Of a DNA stretch of 64,000 nucleotides, positions 58,831-64,000 are shown piece after piece. The stretch is from Armatimonadota bacterium. Lineage in GTDB: Bacteria; Armatimonadota; HRBIN16. Position 1 is the first letter of the stretch, and each line of letters starts with the position of its first letter. The DNA is taken from NCBI GenBank assembly GCA_963677485.1, contig OY781964.1:2688001-2752000 (forward strand), read 5' to 3'. The notes beneath the pieces are model-generated. The model did no database searches, had not been told where the DNA came from, and was given only the letters and a program-made list of their open reading frames with translations. A program made the translations under genes and the position numbers.

Positions 58831-60810
58831 ATGAAGTTCCCGCTGCTTTTACTCACATCCCTGTCACTGTCGTTCGCTGTCGGCACGGTCACTGCCGCCC
58901 AGCTCAAGCTTACCGGTCATATCGGCGGCCATAAGCTTAGTTTCACAGGCAAATCCATAGACAGCACCGCCAGCTATACGGTGAAAGGCCAGCCTGAGTA
59001 TCTCGCCATCACGGAGATATACCCAGACACCACCAAGGATGTGGAGTATCGCTACCAGCTCTCTGCACCCGGTATCGGTGTATACCATCGAACCCGGAAA
59101 AGCCTGGGGTTTGGGCCAATCAGCTACTTCATCAAGGTGAATAAGTATCCGCTGGGCAGCATCACCATCAGCACCGATGGCAAGCCGGTCTGTATTCAGT
59201 CCGTGCGCGGGGTCACCGCCCAGGAGCTGCGCAAGATCAAAACCGCCGACAGCTTCCAGCTGATGGGCCTCATCCCCACCACCAACCCGAAGGAACGCCA
59301 ACGGCTGGTGGATGTGCTCATGACCCGCCTTCGCACGCTGCCGGAGTATCACATCACCCGTGGTATGGCCTTCGAAATCCGCTACGCCAACATGGATGTA
59401 GGTGGCGTGAAGGCGGAGCTGGCACTCAGTCAGAAGTGGGCGAAGCAATACCAAGTGCCCATGATGCTGGGCATGGTCTCCTGGTGGGTGGGCACCCCGT
59501 TAGGTATTCCCGATGGGCTGGGAGGAACATTCAGCGACCTCAAATACCAGCAGGTTTGCTACTCCCCCGATGTGGAGATGCCCGAAAACCCCGCTTTGCG
59601 ATCTCTGCTGGGCGACCGTTATAACCACCACTACGGACTGACCACGCCCAATATATGGAGCAACACGCCCTGGTTGACGATGAACAGCGATGTGCTGAAT
59701 AACTACCGGTATAAGCGCATGATGGACACTATCAGTTCACTGAAGCAGATCAGTCCCAATGACACTAGCTGGGTGGCCAGCATCTTCCTTGAGAATGAGC
59801 CGCGTTACTGGGATACTCAGATGGAGGCGGGCAACCCGAAGGCGGGTCGGCAAGGGAAACCGCTATGGGGTGACTTCAACCCATTACTCATTGAAGCTGC
59901 CCGTAAAGATGGAGTGGATATCAACCCCGTAGACGGCATGTCCGATGTGGAGTTGTGCTGGCTGCACCAAAACGTCGGTCGGTATGATCAGGCTGCCGTG
60001 AACGGCCTCAACACCGCCATCAAAACACAGCGATGGGGATTAAAGCTGCCAGTATATACACACGCGATGCAGTTCCAGCACTTCTACGGTGGCGAACAGA
60101 TCAAGCATGCGACCTCTGAGTGGGCCTACGCGAAAAACGCCCTCACCGGTATCGAAGGGATATTCTGCACCGTGTCGGACTTCTACCGCATACGCGAGTG
60201 GGGGCCGTGGGTGAACCTGAACCGCGAAGAGACGGATGGTCTGCCCACCGACGCGCACCTGTGGGATATGCGTGTGGACTACATGATGGGCGGAGGGCTA
60301 TACAACAGCTACAACTGGCATATCCTGGGCGAAGACCGGTTCTTCGACTACGTCAACAAGTTCCTGGACAACCTGCCGGTGGTGAACCTTCGCCCCGCTC
60401 AAGTGCGGTACACCAGTGCAGATAGTCTGACCATGCGCGCTCCCATGCAGTTGCAGGCGTTCACAGGTGTGCGGCTGCCCGTTGAGGTGTTAAAGTCTTT
60501 AGGCGCCCAGATCAGCCTGGTGGTGAGGGACGGCTCCGGCAATGAATACAGCTCACAGCCGCAGTCCGTGGAGCTCAAACCTGGCCAGCACAGCTTGAGC
60601 TTCGAATTCCCAACTCCAGCCGAATGTGGCTACCAGTTGGATGCCACCGTGTCACTTCGGGTGACCGATGCGAAGGGTAAGGTGATTTCCGGTGTGGCGG
60701 GGTTCGTGCCCGCTTCCGCAGAGAATATGATGTTGTCCCTCGATCTGCAGGCCCAGCGCGGCCTGAGCCAGTGGGTGATACAGCAAAGCAAAGCCCAGAG
60801 CTGGAAGTAG
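58831..60810 (+). CDS. Secreted hypothetical protein, possible clan GH-A glycoside hydrolase
   Basis: Signal peptide; ENEP acid/base-like motif; AGAGG RBS. Confidence 0.55.
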   Translation: MKFPLLLLTSLSLSFAVGTVTAAQLKLTGHIGGHKLSFTGKSIDSTASYTVKGQPEYLAITEIYPDTTKDVEYRYQLSAPGIGVYHRTRKSLGFGPISYFIKVNKYPLGSITISTDGKPVCIQSVRGVTAQELRKIKTADSFQLMGLIPTTNPKERQRLVDVLMTRLRTLPEYHITRGMAFEIRYANMDVGGVKAELALSQKWAKQYQVPMMLGMVSWWVGTPLGIPDGLGGTFSDLKYQQVCYSPDVEMPENPALRSLLGDRYNHHYGLTTPNIWSNTPWLTMNSDVLNNYRYKRMMDTISSLKQISPNDTSWVASIFLENEPRYWDTQMEAGNPKAGRQGKPLWGDFNPLLIEAARKDGVDINPVDGMSDVELCWLHQNVGRYDQAAVNGLNTAIKTQRWGLKLPVYTHAMQFQHFYGGEQIKHATSEWAYAKNALTGIEGIFCTVSDFYRIREWGPWVNLNREETDGLPTDAHLWDMRVDYMMGGGLYNSYNWHILGEDRFFDYVNKFLDNLPVVNLRPAQVRYTSADSLTMRAPMQLQAFTGVRLPVEVLKSLGAQISLVVRDGSGNEYSSQPQSVELKPGQHSLSFEFPTPAECGYQLDATVSLRVTDAKGKVISGVAGFVPASAENMMLSLDLQAQRGLSQWVIQQSKAQSWK

Positions 60811-60838
60811 GGACAGCGAGAATATTGGAGATTTAAGA

Positions 60839-61720
60839 ATGAACGACACGGTGACATCAAAGAAAACAACACCATCTCGTGCGATTCGTGCGGAACAGCC
60901 GTTGTTCCGATTTGGCTTGGTCGCCGATATTCAGTATGCGGACAAACCAACCGCCGGCAGACGATCCTACGCAGAATCGCTGGCGAAGCTTGAGGCTTGC
61001 GCGGGAGAAATGAACCGCAGGCGGGTGGCTTTTGTGGTGAACCTCGGCGATATCATCGACGGCAGGGACAACAAGACCATTACGGACCTCGATCGGGCAG
61101 TCCGTTCCTTCCGCAAGTTTGGGGCTCAGGTGCGGCATGTCATCGGCAACCACTGCCTTATTACAGGACGACCTACGCTAATGAACGCCCTCCGGCTTAT
61201 GGCACCTTATTACGAGTTCAGCCGGCCGGGCTGGCGGTTTCTGGTGCTTGACGGCATGGATATCAGCTCACCGTGGCCTTCAGACGCCGTCTCGGCAGCC
61301 GAGGCCTCGGAGCGGCTGGCCGCCAACCCGAAGCTGATCAGCTACGACGGGGCCATAGGGCGAAGGCAGCTCGCCTGGCTGCGCAACCAGCTCCGGGCGG
61401 CTGCATCGGCCAAGCAGCGGGTGGTTGTCTTTTGCCATGAACCTATACTCGAGGCTGCGGCTGCGGCAGACACACTGCTTTGGAATGCCGAGGATCTGTC
61501 GAGCATTCTGGAAGAGTCTGGGGTGGTCGCTGCCTATTTCGCCGGGCATCACCATGCCGGTGGATATGCCGAGAGCCGAGGTATCTACCACGTGACGGTT
61601 CAGGGGCTGGTGGAGTCGCCGAAAGGCGGGACCGCTTACGCGGTCGTGGAGGTTTTCAATGACCGGTTGGAGGTAATCGGGCTTGGCGACGTACCAAGCC
61701 GCACCCTGATGCTTGGGTAG
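60839..61720 (+). CDS. Metallophosphoesterase, Mn-dependent ADP-ribose/CDP-alcohol diphosphatase-like
   Basis: FGLVADIQYAD, LGDIIDG, GNHC, FCHEP and AGHHHAGGY motifs. Confidence 0.85.
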   Translation: MNDTVTSKKTTPSRAIRAEQPLFRFGLVADIQYADKPTAGRRSYAESLAKLEACAGEMNRRRVAFVVNLGDIIDGRDNKTITDLDRAVRSFRKFGAQVRHVIGNHCLITGRPTLMNALRLMAPYYEFSRPGWRFLVLDGMDISSPWPSDAVSAAEASERLAANPKLISYDGAIGRRQLAWLRNQLRAAASAKQRVVVFCHEPILEAAAAADTLLWNAEDLSSILEESGVVAAYFAGHHHAGGYAESRGIYHVTVQGLVESPKGGTAYAVVEVFNDRLEVIGLGDVPSRTLMLG

Positions 61721-61790
61721 GAAACCTATGTGCCCACGCGCTAAGCACAGTTTATGCTCATAAATCCAGATTGGGATCGTATCGACCATG

Positions 61791-62075
61791 TTCCGCGACA
61801 TAAATGTCTCGGCTATTGATCAACAAGCACCCGCCCGTGCCTACCCGGCAGCCCAGGCTGTAACTGATACGGTCGTAGGGGCGTCCCTTGTGGGCGCCCT
61901 AAAACCAAAACTATCGAATCAACAACGATTAGGGCGCCCACAAGGGACGCCCCTACGACCAGCTATATACAAGCCCGCTAAACCGGGCTGGGGAGCTCCT
62001 TGCCGACAAAGATAACGTTAATGAAGACTGCTTCAGCAGTCTTGGTGTTCAATAGCCGAGACATTTATGTCGCGG
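61791..62075. repeat. Palindromic element (as 37642-37786) with a nested REP doublet
   Basis: Same TIRs; the extra 146 bp contain a perfect 30-bp inverted pair, 61871-61900/61931-61960. Confidence 0.85.
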
Positions 62076-62097
62076 CGTCGGCGGCACACGAGCTCAG

Positions 62098-62958
62098 TTA
62101 CCCCTCGCCGTCCTCACTCCACAACCGGACGATGCTGATGAACTCCTCAAGGCTCAATGTCTCGCCTCTGCGTTGCGGGTCGATGCCCACTTCTCGAAGG
62201 CTATCGGCCACAGCATCCTTCGAGATGTCGAGCACACCGGCCAGGCTGTTTCCCAGCGTTTTACGCCGTTGGCCAAAGGCGGCACGCGTGATCTGAAACA
62301 GAAGGTGCTCATCTGTAGTCGATAATATAGGCGGCACAGGATCGAACTGCACTACAGCACTTTGCACTTTTGGCGGTGGATAGAAAACCGAGGCGGGAAC
62401 ATTACGCAATAACCGCACCGTACAATGATAGTGGGCGAAGACACTGACAGAACTGCACCCTTTTTGGCCGGGTTTGGCCAGCAGCCGATCGGCCACCTCT
62501 TTTTGTATCAGCAGCACGGCGCGGCGCCATCCGGTGAGCTCTGTGAATAGAACCTCCAGTATGGGTGCTGTGATATTGTAAGGGATGTTGGCAACCACGC
62601 AGTAGCCATCGGTGCCAAAGCATTGACGGGCTAGATCGGCAGGGTCTGAACGCAGAAAATCACGTTCGACAAGCTGCACGTTTGGGTAGTCAGCTAATAT
62701 CTCCCGCGTGAGGGGCAGTATTTTGTTGTCTATCTCAAAGCTCAACACCTTCGCAGCACGCTGCGACAGCGCAGTGGTCAGGGTGCCGATGCCGGCACCT
62801 ATCTCCAGTGCCCCTTCGCCGGGCAGGAATTCTGCCGCGTTGGCGATGGCCTGCAGGATGTTCTCATCGGCTAGAAAATGCTGGCCATGGCGCTTATCGG
62901 TGTGCATACCATGCGCGGCTAACAGCTCTCGAATGACGGAAGGTGTAGTTAGTCTCAT
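62098..62958 (-). CDS. rsmA: 16S rRNA m6,2A1518/1519 dimethyltransferase
   Basis: GQHFL, EIGAGIG, VANIPYNIT, QKEVA.R, FYPPPKV.S and AFGQRRKTL motifs. Confidence 0.97.
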   Translation of the reverse strand: MRLTTPSVIRELLAAHGMHTDKRHGQHFLADENILQAIANAAEFLPGEGALEIGAGIGTLTTALSQRAAKVLSFEIDNKILPLTREILADYPNVQLVERDFLRSDPADLARQCFGTDGYCVVANIPYNITAPILEVLFTELTGWRRAVLLIQKEVADRLLAKPGQKGCSSVSVFAHYHCTVRLLRNVPASVFYPPPKVQSAVVQFDPVPPILSTTDEHLLFQITRAAFGQRRKTLGNSLAGVLDISKDAVADSLREVGIDPQRRGETLSLEEFISIVRLWSEDGEG

Positions 62959-63018
62959 CCATTCTTTGTACCCGATTTATGCCGAAGCTGTCCATACTAA
63001 GGTATCCTCAAGATAGAA

Positions 63019-64000
63019 ATGAAAGAAATGGGGTCACTGCGTTTGAAGCGCATCATAATTCTCCTGGCCGCAGCGTGTGCGATTTTCAACACACCACTCT
63101 TTGCCAGTCCGAAGGCTGTCAAAGAGGCCTACTCGTCAGCCTCCAGAGCTATGGTCACCTTGATGGTCGATACGACAGTATCCGGTGCTGGTCAGAAAGA
63201 CTCGGTGAAGCACCTTGAGAGCTGGGCCGTCGTGGTGAACCCAGGAAACTATGTGGTCGCACCGCTGCTTGATGCTGACCCCGTGTTTGCTTTAAGCCTG
63301 GTACGTACAGCCATGAGTGCTGCGGGCCAGAAGCCCACTGAGGTCTCACTCACACCTGCCAAACTGAAAATCCGGTTGGACGATGGTAAAGAGATTGACG
63401 CCGAGATTGTCAAGCGCGATGAAGCCGAAGGCCTGGCGTTGCTCCGCCTCACTAACCCGCCCGACAACCTTCAGGCGATGACCATTGGTAAAGTGCGTGA
63501 AGCCAGAATGGGTGATGAGATTGTGGTGTTACAGCCCATGGGCAGCGGCTACGGTACCGACGTGGCGGTGACCCCATTGACCATCAATATGGCCATTCAC
63601 AAACCAAACTATTACACAGTGTTGTTTAACCAGTTGCATACCGGATGCCCGGTCTTCAGCCGCGACGACGGTTCACTGCTGGGTGTGGTGGTACCCCTGG
63701 TCTCTACCAACCTGAACTCCTCGATGGTCACATCTGGATTGCTGACCGTCGCCTCCGGGGTATCCCTCAAGAAGCTGGCTGGCCTGCCGGCCGATCCGGT
63801 TGAGTCATCGGCAAATGTCAGGGAAAAGATGGCGGAAAAGATCAACCCTGCGTTGGTTAGCCTGTCATGGATATTGAAACAAACCGGGCCGAACGGCCAG
63901 CCTGAGGAGAGCAAGCGTGTAGGGCAGGCTGTCCTCTTGAGCCCTGATGGTCTGATGGTGTGTGATGGTGCCGCGATGGGTGTGTTTGCCGATCAGGCTA
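63019..64000 (+). CDS. Secreted protein with tandem degenerate trypsin-like domains, 3'-truncated by the window
   Basis: My translation (absent from the ORF track): signal peptide, LKIRLDDGKEIDAEIVKRDEAEGLALLRL, HTGCPVF...LLGVV, then a second unit INPALVSL...GQAVLLSPDGL. Confidence 0.65.
   Translation, partial: MKEMGSLRLKRIIILLAAACAIFNTPLFASPKAVKEAYSSASRAMVTLMVDTTVSGAGQKDSVKHLESWAVVVNPGNYVVAPLLDADPVFALSLVRTAMSAAGQKPTEVSLTPAKLKIRLDDGKEIDAEIVKRDEAEGLALLRLTNPPDNLQAMTIGKVREARMGDEIVVLQPMGSGYGTDVAVTPLTINMAIHKPNYYTVLFNQLHTGCPVFSRDDGSLLGVVVPLVSTNLNSSMVTSGLLTVASGVSLKKLAGLPADPVESSANVREKMAEKINPALVSLSWILKQTGPNGQPEESKRVGQAVLLSPDGLMVCDGAAMGVFADQA

Overview
Moderately GC-rich bacterial chromosome segment. 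It carries scattered housekeeping genes (murF-alr fusion, tRNA-Val(GAC), purS/purQ, hisF, argC, rsmA), several glycoside-hydrolase-like genes, a stand-alone dimodular NRPS with its PPTase, a tandemly duplicated PadR + membrane-protein unit, and intergenic regions packed with several REP-like/MITE-like repeat families. The main results are three. (1) A complete IS110 (IS621-like) element at 23287-25098: its ends, empty target site, circle-junction promoter and bridge RNA with all four guide segments can be read from the sequence, and the guides match a GTAG-type REP repeat of this genome. (2) An archaeal-type, editing-domain-less threonyl-tRNA synthetase with an apparent Cys->Asp change at a Zn ligand, preceded by an unannotated 29-aa leader peptide with six consecutive Thr codons and a terminator/antiterminator (ribosome-mediated attenuation). 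(3) A secreted putative Cys-peptidase/PepSY-like gene pair whose low-GC core sits between high-GC flanks inside direct repeats, suggesting a swappable cassette. All family calls come from motif recognition by eye; no searches were run.
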